A DNA stretch of 50,045 nt from Promethearchaeia archaeon (GTDB lineage: Archaea > Asgardarchaeota > Lokiarchaeia > Sigyniarchaeales > SOKP01), in assembly GCA_029856045.1 (NCBI GenBank), contig JAHQWG010000011.1, positions 1 to 50,045 on the forward strand, given 5' to 3'. Below the pieces are notes generated by a model that made no database searches, was not told the origin of the DNA, and saw only the letters and a program-made list of their open reading frames with translations. Of the stretch, positions 1 through 9,353 are shown piece by piece. The first letter of the stretch is position 1; the number at the start of each line of letters is the position of its first letter. The position numbers and the translations under genes are program-made.

Positions 1-2
1 GT

Positions 3-1226
3 ATTTATTGGAGCTTTAGTGATTTAATATGTGGTCCAGCTGTTCAAGATACCATAGCGCCTGATTTAAATTGTTTGTCACCACTTAATATTACTTATAC
101 TTCTGGTATTATTGATATCAATGTTTTAAGCACTGCTATTGATGTAGATAATTTCTTTTATACACTCTATGATATAACAAATGAACAATGGATTGGTTCT
201 CAGGATGGTATAATTATAATAGGAGGACATGCAACCGTTCAATTGGGAACAGGTTATTACTTAATAACCACCTTTGTGAATGATACTGCAGGAAATGTCA
301 ATTCTACAGCAATTTATTTTACTGTTGCAAACCCACCTATTCTTTTTGATGGTCAAGTTTCACCTTCTATGGGGGAAAGATGGCTTACATTATTCAATTT
401 TACTGTAACTTACACTGATGAGGATAATAGCCCTCCAACATTTTTAAATATTTCATTAGATGGAGTAAATTTTACAATGATTAAAGTGGATTTAGAAGAT
501 AATAATTATGAAGATGGCTGTATTTATTATTATATTACAACATTAGAGGAAATAGGAATTCATCAATTTAGCTTCTACACATCTGATGGTACTTATTCGA
601 CTTTTACTGATATTTATGATTGTCCTACAGTTCAAGATACAACACCACCAGATATTATTATTATTTCACCTTTAGATACAACCTATTCTACTGGCTCAAT
701 TCTCATAAATGTGTCGAGCAATGCTCTTGATGTTGACAGTTATTGGTATTTGCTTTATGGTTTGCTAAATGGTGGTTTGATGGTTGATCCAAATGGAGTA
801 ATAATTGAAGATGGATTAGCTACTCTTAATTTAGAAGATGGATATTATTTAATCACAATTTTTGCCAATGACACTGAAGGAAATATTAATGAAGTATCTG
901 TTTATTTCACAGTTGCAATTGATGCACCGATTATTACACCTCCCTTATTTTGGATGTTGGTTGGTATTGGTTCTACTATTGGAGCTGGTGCTGTAGTTTC
1001 AATAGTAGTTATTAAAAGGAGAAAATCCAAGGCTCAAAAGTATCATCATGATAAAATATTTAAAAAACAAAAAGGTGGTCTCTCGATATTTCAAGATAAT
1101 TTAAATAAATTAGAGAAAGATTTAGAAGAAAAATTAGGGGGACTTGAAGCTCCACCTTCACCACCACCCAAAAGAGACTTAAATATGAAAAAATCTAAAG
1201 AAACAGATCTACCAGAGGAACTTTAA
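3..1226 (+). CDS. Cell-surface protein with repeated Ig-like beta domains, C-terminal TM anchor and charged cytoplasmic tail (5'-truncated by window)
   Basis: Frame is open from position 3 (IYWSFSDLICGPAVQDTIAPDL...). Internal repeat QDTIAPDLNCLSPLNITY / QDTTPPDIIIISPLDTTY and ND(T)xGN motifs; many NxS/T sequons; TM LFWMLVGIG...VVI followed by KRRKSK. Confidence 0.75.
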   Translation: MYWSFSDLICGPAVQDTIAPDLNCLSPLNITYTSGIIDINVLSTAIDVDNFFYTLYDITNEQWIGSQDGIIIIGGHATVQLGTGYYLITTFVNDTAGNVNSTAIYFTVANPPILFDGQVSPSMGERWLTLFNFTVTYTDEDNSPPTFLNISLDGVNFTMIKVDLEDNNYEDGCIYYYITTLEEIGIHQFSFYTSDGTYSTFTDIYDCPTVQDTTPPDIIIISPLDTTYSTGSILINVSSNALDVDSYWYLLYGLLNGGLMVDPNGVIIEDGLATLNLEDGYYLITIFANDTEGNINEVSVYFTVAIDAPIITPPLFWMLVGIGSTIGAGAVVSIVVIKRRKSKAQKYHHDKIFKKQKGGLSIFQDNLNKLEKDLEEKLGGLEAPPSPPPKRDLNMKKSKETDLPEEL

Positions 1227-1429
1227 TCAGAGGTTTCCGAGGAAAACATTGAGCAAGAAGTTGAAAAAGAAAAATTAGAAGAATAAAAGTAAAATTGACC
1301 CTTTTTTTTTTACTCAAATCTTTTTAAATAAAAAATCCCAGAATTCATAAAGCCATAATTTATTTTTCATTAATGAGTTGTTTTAAAAGAAAAGCAAAAA
1401 GTAAAAAATAGTAAATGTTAGCATAATAT

Positions 1430-2122
1430 ATGGAATGGAAGAAAGCAGATATCATTTTTTTGATACTTTTAGTAATTATTACAATTTTTACTATTGATTT
1501 AATTCTCTTTCCAGAACATAGAGAATTGATTGAAAATATTTCAAGTAAGGAGCCCTTTCAGAATATAGAATCCGCTCTAATTATAACTTTTATGATTTGT
1601 GTGATAGGAAACCTCTTACCTGTTCCAACCCCGTATACATGGGTAGTATGTTATGGAAGTGCTTCTTTTATCGGGTTAAATATTTTCTTACCTATTTTAT
1701 TTGGAACTATCGCATCTCTTGGTTGTTTGTTAGGAGAAATGGGCGGTTATATAGTAGGACGAGGAACCGCTGAATTTATCGATATAGAAAGTAAAGAAAC
1801 TCTAACAGGATTAAGGCGATATTTAGTAGAACATCCAAAAATAGCACCCCTTCTGATATTTGTATTTGGGCTCACACCACTTAATGATGACTTGCTGGTC
1901 CTTCCATTGGGTTTAATTAAATACTCGGCTAAAAAAACAATATTTTTCTGCTGGTTAGGTAAATTAGGATTGATGTTAATATTTGCATATGATCCTTTTA
2001 GTATATGCGGATATTTGGGAGGAGAAAATTGGATTCTTAGCATTTTAAGCTTGTATGGAATAATAATTCTAGTATATCTCTTAATAAGGGTAAATTTTTT
2101 GAAGTTATTTAAGGTAAAATAA
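1430..2122 (+). CDS. VTT/DedA (SNARE-associated Golgi protein-like) membrane protein
   Basis: LLPVP, G..LGE..GY..GR and LTPLNDDLL..PLG motifs typical of DedA/VTT proteins. Confidence 0.8.
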   Translation: MEWKKADIIFLILLVIITIFTIDLILFPEHRELIENISSKEPFQNIESALIITFMICVIGNLLPVPTPYTWVVCYGSASFIGLNIFLPILFGTIASLGCLLGEMGGYIVGRGTAEFIDIESKETLTGLRRYLVEHPKIAPLLIFVFGLTPLNDDLLVLPLGLIKYSAKKTIFFCWLGKLGLMLIFAYDPFSICGYLGGENWILSILSLYGIIILVYLLIRVNFLKLFKVK

Positions 2123-2558
2123 GGTTTTTAATTCGAGAAATCATACTTCAATAATTTTTTTCATTAACTTAATTTTCTAATTCAATTAATTTAAAATTAG
2201 TTGAATCAATAATCTTTCTAATATTTTTATTAAAATTAGTATAAATTTTTAATAATAATGATCGTATTTGATAAGAATCTTAATTAGGATTTCCCAAAGG
2301 AATAATAGATTTATATTTTGAATTACAAAAAAGATCATTCTTATTTCTTATTTCCATAAAATCGCTCATTATTTTTATCACTTTTAGGTTTACCCTTGAA
2401 TTTAAAAAAAAATCCCAAATATATGGGAGATTTTTAAAATCAGTTTAATAATAATATGAAAAGAGTCATAAGGTTTAAATAGTAATTTATGAATTAATTT
2501 GTTATTTATTTAAATAGTTATTTATATAAAAATATAAAAAGATCAAGGTGGTAAAAAA

Positions 2559-2699
2559 ATGGAAGTAACAATAATAGATAAACCTGTATTTTATCCAAAC
2601 TTTATAGAAAATTATGGAGAAATTAAGTTTGCTGAGAACGATAATTTTTGGGTAAATGATTTTTATGATTCCTTTGTAAATTATTTTTTTAAAGAATAA
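2559..2699 (+). CDS. Small 46-aa acidic/aromatic protein (below ORF-track cutoff)
   Basis: AAGGTGG SD upstream of ATG; MEVTIIDKPVFYPNFIENYGEIKFAENDNFWVNDFYDSFVNYFFKE*; T-rich tract downstream. Confidence 0.55.
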   Translation: MEVTIIDKPVFYPNFIENYGEIKFAENDNFWVNDFYDSFVNYFFKE

Positions 2700-2815
2700 T
2701 AAGTGAGTTAATAGTTTTTTTAATTTTTTTATAATTTTTTTCAGAAATTTTTATAAAATTGTTTTTAAGTAGATATATCTAATTAATAATTAATTCTGAG
2801 AAAATATCGTTTTAA

Positions 2816-3340
2816 ATGATAACATCAATGAATCTGAAATCCTTAGATGTGTCAGTGACCGGTATAACAGCTGCTTTATATATTGTTTTAGGGTATTTAC
2901 TTCAACCAATTTCATTTTTTGAAATACAATTTAGAGTAGCTGAAGTAATGGTTGGAATGTGCATTTTATTTCCTATACCAGGGCTAATTGGCAAAATTAT
3001 TGGCGTTTTTTTTGTCAATATGGCTTCTCCTTTTGTACCCCTTGATTTTATAAGTTGTATTGTGAATATTCCTGCTTTATATTGCATTATTTTATTTAAA
3101 AAACTTGGAAAAGATAGAAAGTTGATAAGATATATTGGTGGAATATTTTATGCTTTATTTATTTCAGTTTATGTAGCATGGCTTATAGGATATTGGTATA
3201 GTCTACCTATTGAACTTTTTCCTCTGAATTTTTTGTATGTATTCATATCTGAAGTAATATTAGCAACGTTGGGCATTTATATTTTTTCGATTATTGAAAA
3301 AAGAGTATATTTTCAAGGAGATAGACCGTCTCAAGATTAA
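2816..3340 (+). CDS. queT: QueT-family transporter (queuosine/preQ precursor ECF S-component-like)
   Basis: AALY..L...L.PISF..IQFRVAE signature; about 5 TM. Confidence 0.8.
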   Translation: MITSMNLKSLDVSVTGITAALYIVLGYLLQPISFFEIQFRVAEVMVGMCILFPIPGLIGKIIGVFFVNMASPFVPLDFISCIVNIPALYCIILFKKLGKDRKLIRYIGGIFYALFISVYVAWLIGYWYSLPIELFPLNFLYVFISEVILATLGIYIFSIIEKRVYFQGDRPSQD

Positions 3341-3343
3341 TAT

Positions 3344-4441
3344 TTAAATGAAGACCTCATTAATAATATCTTCAATAGGCTTGAATACATTCAAATTGCC
3401 ATCCCATGTTCTTAAAACGTTATAATATATTTTTTCTATTTTTTGGACAAAATTTTTTAAAGTTATTCGAATTGATTCAAGATCTTCTTCACAAACTAAC
3501 ACTCCAATAATATATTCTCCCGGCTGGAAGATCATAGTCTTTCCTTCTTTTTCAATAATAGAGAGATCCTTTGTTTCAGTGATTAACTCTAATATGATTT
3601 GAACACTTGACAAAGCTCCCGAAGCTACAATTTCATCAAAAGATTTTCTTTTTTCTCGAAAATGCTTAGTGTAAAGACAGAGTCCAGATTGCATAATTAT
3701 ATAAATAGAATCAATTTTTTCTCTCCAAAAGTATTCAGTTATTGATGATATAGAGAGAAAGTATAGAGAAAGAAATATCAATCCGATTATTTGAAAGACA
3801 TCACCTATTAATCTCCCAATCAAACCAAATAGATTTGATATTACATACGTGGTTAATGCATAGCCAATATTGAGAAAAAAAAAACCACTATATAATTGAA
3901 ATAAATGCCATTTAAAGTTTCTCAAAATTTTTTTCATTTGCTTACTAGTACTTACTCTTATCATATAGTAGAAGAAAAATATAATATAGATTATCCAAGA
4001 GAAAAAAAATGAGAATGTGTGTACAAATTCTAATGCAATAAAAGCACAAATAACAAAGAGAATCATGAATACTATAAAAATAAAGGTAAATAGATATTTT
4101 TTAAAAAAGATTTGAAATTTTTCCATATTATAGATAAACAATAGTCCAAATATCATTTGTATAAAATAGGCAAAATCCAATAATATAAGTCGTATATATG
4201 AATCTTCAACATAATAATCTGAAATAATATAAACTATATACATAAGAGAATAGCCTAAACAAAACCAGCTAAAAGCCTTCTCCTGCAAATTTGATATTTC
4301 TTCTTTTTTAATTTTATATTTTATTAAAAAAAGAAAACCAAATTCAAGAGCAAAAAAAATTATAATCTCTTCCATAATCAATAAAAGTTCTTGGAATGAC
4401 CCTTGTATTGGAAAAATAACTTGACTTAACATAATAAACAT
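3344..4441 (-). CDS. 7TM membrane protein with C-terminal longin-like domain
   Basis: Seven hydrophobic segments in the first ~230 aa, then IDSIYIIMQSGLCLY...SGALSSV...WDGNLNVFKPIEDIINEVF, a longin-like pattern. Confidence 0.7.
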   Translation of the reverse strand: MFIMLSQVIFPIQGSFQELLLIMEEIIIFFALEFGFLFLIKYKIKKEEISNLQEKAFSWFCLGYSLMYIVYIISDYYVEDSYIRLILLDFAYFIQMIFGLLFIYNMEKFQIFFKKYLFTFIFIVFMILFVICAFIALEFVHTFSFFFSWIIYIIFFFYYMIRVSTSKQMKKILRNFKWHLFQLYSGFFFLNIGYALTTYVISNLFGLIGRLIGDVFQIIGLIFLSLYFLSISSITEYFWREKIDSIYIIMQSGLCLYTKHFREKRKSFDEIVASGALSSVQIILELITETKDLSIIEKEGKTMIFQPGEYIIGVLVCEEDLESIRITLKNFVQKIEKIYYNVLRTWDGNLNVFKPIEDIINEVFI

Positions 4442-4452
4442 TAAAATATGTT

Positions 4453-5604
4453 CTAATTCATTCTTAAAATATTTTTTATAATTGAATCAAAACTGGAAAA
4501 TATTCTTTCTGTACTACTTCCATCTAGAAATTCTAAAATGGGAATTACATGTTTATACATCCATTGAAATTGATTTTTAATGGTTGTTAAAAAATATTTA
4601 TTGCTTTCCATTTCTCCTTTAACCAATAAAATAAAAAAAATATTAGAAATGGGTTCTTCTCCATATTCTAAAAGAATTGAAAATCCACCTTGTTTAATTT
4701 TTTGAATTTTTTTATCTTTTGTTTCTGCAACAGCAGTAAAGATTTCAATAATTCCAATCATTCCTTGTGATATTAATTTTATACTTTCATTAATATTTAT
4801 AAGAGATTTTTTTGAATTATCAATATCTTCTGTGTATGTTGTGAAATTATACGAATATAGTTTTTTAAGTGTTTTTCGATTTATAATAAAAAGACTTATT
4901 AGGTTTTGTTTCCAAAAAAATTCAAGAAAAACTGGAAACTTTATTGCTCCCAATAATAAAATTGTAAATCCTAAACTTGATGTGGTAAGATATGGTATAG
5001 CAATAATAGGGTTATTCATTTGATTTACAAGCTGGCTTACTGGTATAAATCCAATAATTATCGATAAATAACTTATTACTGATCCTAAAAATATTAACTT
5101 CAATCTTTTTTTTATTTTACCACTCGAAAATCTAATTAGGTTAAATTGGAAAATCAGAAAAAATAGAAAATCTATAGATATGAAAATAATAGCAAAATGA
5201 AATTCAGTAGTTGCTGGATTAAATATAAAAATTGAAATAAATGGAAAAATATTCTTAAATATCAATATTTTTGTTAATGTAGGGTTAATTATTTCTTTAT
5301 AAACTTTTGAGGAAATATGATATAGAATTAATACGCTTGCGATTAATATCAGTAAATAAACCATCCTTGCAAAAATATCTTTGATAAAAATGTTCGTAAT
5401 ATAAAAATCGTTAATTATATCAAATAAGCACCCTGTTATTGACAAACCAAAAAATATTCCATAATATAGTAAAATCTTATTTAATTCTATTTTTCTTTCT
5501 CGATGTCTATAATAATAGTAAAGAAAATAGAAGGACATTTGATATCCAAGAATTAACGTTACAAAAATAAAGGGCAAATAAAATACTCTTAGTTCTACGG
5601 TCAT
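4453..5604 (-). CDS. 7TM membrane protein with C-terminal longin-like domain (divergent paralog of neighbour)
   Basis: Seven TM segments, EFFWK linker, LISLFIIN...LYSYNF...ISQGMIGI...FSSFDSIIKNIL; 11 bp from the downstream paralog. Confidence 0.65.
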   Translation of the reverse strand: MTVELRVFYLPFIFVTLILGYQMSFYFLYYYYRHRERKIELNKILLYYGIFFGLSITGCLFDIINDFYITNIFIKDIFARMVYLLILIASVLILYHISSKVYKEIINPTLTKILIFKNIFPFISIFIFNPATTEFHFAIIFISIDFLFFLIFQFNLIRFSSGKIKKRLKLIFLGSVISYLSIIIGFIPVSQLVNQMNNPIIAIPYLTTSSLGFTILLLGAIKFPVFLEFFWKQNLISLFIINRKTLKKLYSYNFTTYTEDIDNSKKSLININESIKLISQGMIGIIEIFTAVAETKDKKIQKIKQGGFSILLEYGEEPISNIFFILLVKGEMESNKYFLTTIKNQFQWMYKHVIPILEFLDGSSTERIFSSFDSIIKNILRMN

Positions 5605-5703
5605 TAACTTCTAATTACTCAATTTTTTAAAAAAATTTTCACAATTAATTATGTAATAAAACTAAATTTTTTTTAAATCAAATTTGAAATGGGGGTAAAT
5701 TTT

Positions 5704-5719
5704 AGATCTAATTAGATCT
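5704..5719. promoter_or_regulatory. Perfect 16-bp palindrome AGATCTAATTAGATCT, candidate operator
   Basis: Seen directly, in the divergent intergenic region between the 7TM-longin pair and the amidohydrolase. Confidence 0.4.
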
Positions 5720-5954
5720 TAAAACTTTTTTCTTAACCTATTAATAGACATAAAACTACTATAGATAAATAAATTCAATTATTAAATAAATAATTATTTA
5801 ATTAAATTAATGAATATTTACTTTTTTCTATGTATAATATTTTATTATGAAATCTATTAAGTTTGACTTAAAAATACAAATCGAATTTCAATAGTTATAT
5901 ATATCGTAGAACCAATAATTATAAAAGGTATTTTTAACCAGAAATAATATTGAG

Positions 5955-7697
5955 TTGGAAAAAATGAGTAATAATAATTCTTTTATAAATTACATTGCTT
6001 CAGGTGGAATAATTCTTTTCTTTTTTACAGTATTAGTTGCATTATTTGCATGGATTACATACGGAACAATAGATGGTGTGTTGGGAACACTTGCATATAT
6101 TATAGTAGGTTTGTTGAATATTTTTCCATGGATAATACCTTTTGCGGGAATTCCATTGGGAATTTTAGATATTCTTGGGGTTTTTGGACAGGGGATGTAT
6201 AGCTTAACATTAAATTTAGCACATCTAAATCCTAGTTGGATGCCTTTTTTGTGGTATTGGGTTATATCTATTATTGCTAGCATAATTGACATAATACTTA
6301 TATTTCTCATAATCTCATGGCTGAAAGGATTAAAGTATAGAAAAAAAGAGCCAAAGACAAATATTGCGTTAATCAATTGTAATATTATCAATGGGAATCG
6401 CGATAGTGAAGTAATTAAAGATGGAGTAATTTTAATTAAAAATATTGTAAAAGAAAATGAAACGCCAGGTTTAATTGTCGGTGTTGGAAAAAAAGATGTA
6501 ATTGAAATACCAGGGGATTATAAAAAAATTGATCTTAAAGATGCCTATGTGCTTCCTGGATTAATTAATGCCCATTGTCATTTATCTGGTAGTGGAAAAC
6601 CAATGAAAATAATGAATCTTAGTGATAATTTATTGAGCATTTTAATGAAACTATTTAAAACACCTTTAGGAAAGATACTTTTTATTAAAATGATGAAAAA
6701 AAATGTTCTAAACGCTTTAAATGCAGGTGTAACAACTCTTAGGTCATTAAGTGATCCTTTTTATTTGGATGTAAAATTAAGAAAGAAAATTGAAAAGGGA
6801 AAATTTGTTGGGCCTAGATTAATTTGTGCTGGTCAAGGAATTTGTATTACTGGTGGTCATGGAGCTATGATGGGTTATGTTGCAGATTCAATACCTGAAA
6901 TAAGGAAATGTATTAGAAAAAACCTTCGAGAAGAAGTTGATTGTATAAAAATTCTTTCTACCGGGGGAGTTATGGATGCTAGAAAAGTGGGAGAGGCTGG
7001 AAGACCTCAGATGACCGTCGAGGAAATTGAGACTGCTTGTTTTGAAGCTCACCGGGGAGGTTTATTAAGCGCAACCCACTGTGAAAGTACAGAAGGAATT
7101 AAAGAAGCTCTCTTAGGCGGAGTTGATACAATTGAACATGGAGCTGAAATCACAGACGAACTCGTACCATTATTTAAAAACAACCCAAAATCTCTACGAG
7201 GGTATACAGCGTTAATACCCACCGTCATAGCAGGTATGGGGATGGCCACACTTCCGATTAAAGAAACAAAAATAACACAAGTGAAACATGAAAATGCGAA
7301 GCTGATAGAAATGGGAATGATTAAAGGATTACAAAGAGCTTACAAGGAAGGTATAAAATTAGGGCTTGGAACAGATGCTTCAGTTCCTTATTCTACTCAT
7401 TATGAGGTTTGGAAAGAATTAAAACATTATCTTAAATATACAGATATGACACCACAAGATGCAATATATTTTGCAACAAAAAGTAACGCAGAAATAATCG
7501 GGATCGATGAAATAACTGGTACTATAGAAGCTGGAAAATCGGCAGACCTTCAAGTTGTTCCTGGGAATCCTCTTGAAAATATTGATTTTCTTGGAGAAGT
7601 TTTAAAAGTAATAATACAGGGAAATTTAATTAAAAATCCTAAAGTGAAAAAAATAAAGAAACTAAAGGAAATTGAACCAATAGAATTAGCTAGTTAA
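5955..7697 (+). CDS. Metal-dependent amidohydrolase (COG1228-like) with N-terminal multi-TM domain
   Basis: PGLINAHCH, AGVTT.R, IKI, H...HG and GTDA motifs; first ~125 aa carry 3-4 TM helices. Confidence 0.85.
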   Translation: MEKMSNNNSFINYIASGGIILFFFTVLVALFAWITYGTIDGVLGTLAYIIVGLLNIFPWIIPFAGIPLGILDILGVFGQGMYSLTLNLAHLNPSWMPFLWYWVISIIASIIDIILIFLIISWLKGLKYRKKEPKTNIALINCNIINGNRDSEVIKDGVILIKNIVKENETPGLIVGVGKKDVIEIPGDYKKIDLKDAYVLPGLINAHCHLSGSGKPMKIMNLSDNLLSILMKLFKTPLGKILFIKMMKKNVLNALNAGVTTLRSLSDPFYLDVKLRKKIEKGKFVGPRLICAGQGICITGGHGAMMGYVADSIPEIRKCIRKNLREEVDCIKILSTGGVMDARKVGEAGRPQMTVEEIETACFEAHRGGLLSATHCESTEGIKEALLGGVDTIEHGAEITDELVPLFKNNPKSLRGYTALIPTVIAGMGMATLPIKETKITQVKHENAKLIEMGMIKGLQRAYKEGIKLGLGTDASVPYSTHYEVWKELKHYLKYTDMTPQDAIYFATKSNAEIIGIDEITGTIEAGKSADLQVVPGNPLENIDFLGEVLKVIIQGNLIKNPKVKKIKKLKEIEPIELAS

Positions 7698-7700
7698 ATA

Positions 7701-7727
7701 TTTTTTTTATTTTTACTTTTTTTTTTA
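7701..7727 (+). terminator. Oligo-T archaeal-type terminator
   Basis: T-runs immediately after the amidohydrolase stop, between convergent genes. Confidence 0.5.
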
Positions 7728-7774
7728 TTCAAATATACCTTAAAATTTATTTTAATTTTTTTATTAATGATTTA

Positions 7775-8335
7775 TTATTCCATCCATCTTTTTACATGCT
7801 CCTCAGGAACTCCTAATAAATCCATAAGCCTAGTTATTGTATGTTCAATTAGATCATCAATAGTTTCTGGTTTAGTATAGAAAGCTGGCATTAGAGGAGC
7901 AATTATCACTCCCAATTTGGCTAATTTACTCATATTTTCCAAATGGATTTGTGAGAGCGGCGATTCTCTTGGGCACAAGATTAACTTTCTTTTTTCCTTC
8001 ATACATACTTCAGCTGCTCTGATTATTAAATTATTTGCAATTCCGTTCGCAATTAAGCCCAAGGTCTTCATTGAGCATGGAATAATTATCATTGCATCAA
8101 ATAGGTGGGAACCACTGGCAATTGAAACATTATAATCATTGAATTCATATACCTTGCCATACTTACTCAACTCATCTAGGAAATTCGGTTTCTCTTGCCT
8201 AATAACCTCCTTTCCAACTTTAGAAACAACAATCTCTAGCTCAACTTTTTCTGAGAGTTTTTCAACAAATTTTTGTGCATAAATAGTCCCAGATGCGCCC
8301 GTGATTCCAACTATTACCCTCATTAATTTCTTCAA
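7775..8335 (-). CDS. ubiX: Flavin prenyltransferase UbiX
   Basis: GITGASG, ASGS, PCSMKTL, RAA.V..KE.R.L, RESP and PAFY.KP motifs. Confidence 0.95.
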   Translation of the reverse strand: MKKLMRVIVGITGASGTIYAQKFVEKLSEKVELEIVVSKVGKEVIRQEKPNFLDELSKYGKVYEFNDYNVSIASGSHLFDAMIIIPCSMKTLGLIANGIANNLIIRAAEVCMKEKRKLILCPRESPLSQIHLENMSKLAKLGVIIAPLMPAFYTKPETIDDLIEHTITRLMDLLGVPEEHVKRWME

Positions 8336-8423
8336 TTCGTTTAAAATTTATTATAATTAGTGTATGGGCTTTAATAGATAAATTCTTTTGTCATAGAGAG
8401 ATTAAATTTAATTATTAATTATC

Positions 8424-8759
8424 TTAAATCTTAATTAGCTTTTTAATTTCAGTCTTTAAAAAAGGAACATCTTTCTTAATAGTATCCCAGACTATATCTA
8501 GATTCACATCAAAATAACCATGAATTAATTTATTTCTCATTCCTGCCATGTCTTTCCAAGGTATTTGGGTATTTTTTTCTCTAAATTCTTTAGATAACAT
8601 CATAGTAGATTCTCCAATTTTTAGAAATTGCCATATAACTCCACCTTGAATTAAAGAATCCTTTAAGAATTCTTGATATTTAATTTTTTTTACAAATTCT
8701 TCAATTTTAGATAAAGACTCTAAAATATGCTCTAAATATATAAAATCATTTTTTATTAT
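8424..8759 (-). pseudogene. HEPN/DUF86 (HepT-like) RNase toxin lacking a canonical start codon (ATA at start position)
   Basis: Open 111-codon frame (I)IKNDFIYLEHILES...IPWKDMAGMRNKLIHGYFDVNLDIVWDTIK...; RxxxxH motif intact; first codon ATA overlaps the MNT stop; not in the ORF track. Confidence 0.85.
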
Positions 8760-9052
8760 TGGTATAAAACCACCATTTCTTTTTTGATATCATCAATAAG
8801 ATATGGATTTATGCATTTCTCCGTTAATAAATGCACTCTTAGACCTATTGCTTCAGATAATTCTCTTTCCATTCTTACAAATTCAAGAAGTGTTATTCTT
8901 TCTGAAAAATTCACAAGGATATCAATATCACTCTCTGCAGTGGCTTCATCATTTACGTAAGATCCAAAAATTCCAATCTTATCTACTCCATATCTTTTTA
9001 GAAATAAAACAATCTTCTTAAAGAGTTCCTCTTTATCCATTTTCCTTACCAA
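8756..9052 (-). CDS. Minimal nucleotidyltransferase (MNT/MntA-type antitoxin)
   Basis: FGSY...(x)SDIDILV motif, ~95 aa, upstream of the HEPN frame. Confidence 0.9.
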   Translation of the reverse strand: MVRKMDKEELFKKIVLFLKRYGVDKIGIFGSYVNDEATAESDIDILVNFSERITLLEFVRMERELSEAIGLRVHLLTEKCINPYLIDDIKKEMVVLYQ

Positions 9053-9353
9053 ATTTCTATTATATAAATAATAACTAATACTTGTAAATTAATTTAGCTT
9101 TTATTAAATCTATACTTAAAGTTGATGCCGTTGAGTTTATTTTATCCTCTTTTTTTTTGTATAATTCAAAATCGACTCCAAAAAACATTAATTCATTTAT
9201 ACTGTCACCGATGAACTCTGCATCTTTAAGGAGAAAAATCATCTTTTTTTCTCTCTAAATATAATTTTTATAAAAATAGAGTAAGTAATTTTATTATAAA
9301 TTTTAATTTTAATTAAATCCTTGTTTTGAAGCCGTTATATCTTATAAGGAATA

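Noticed and set aside
2140-2370. Interrupted minus-strand frame (MSDFMEIRNK...PN*DSYQ...)
   Set aside because: Multiple stops and no identifiable homology; AT-rich noise cannot be excluded.
9075-9242. 55-aa minus-strand ORF (MIFLLKDAEFIGDS...) between kbl and MNT
   Set aside because: No recognisable family or convincing SD; may be a relic but cannot be supported.
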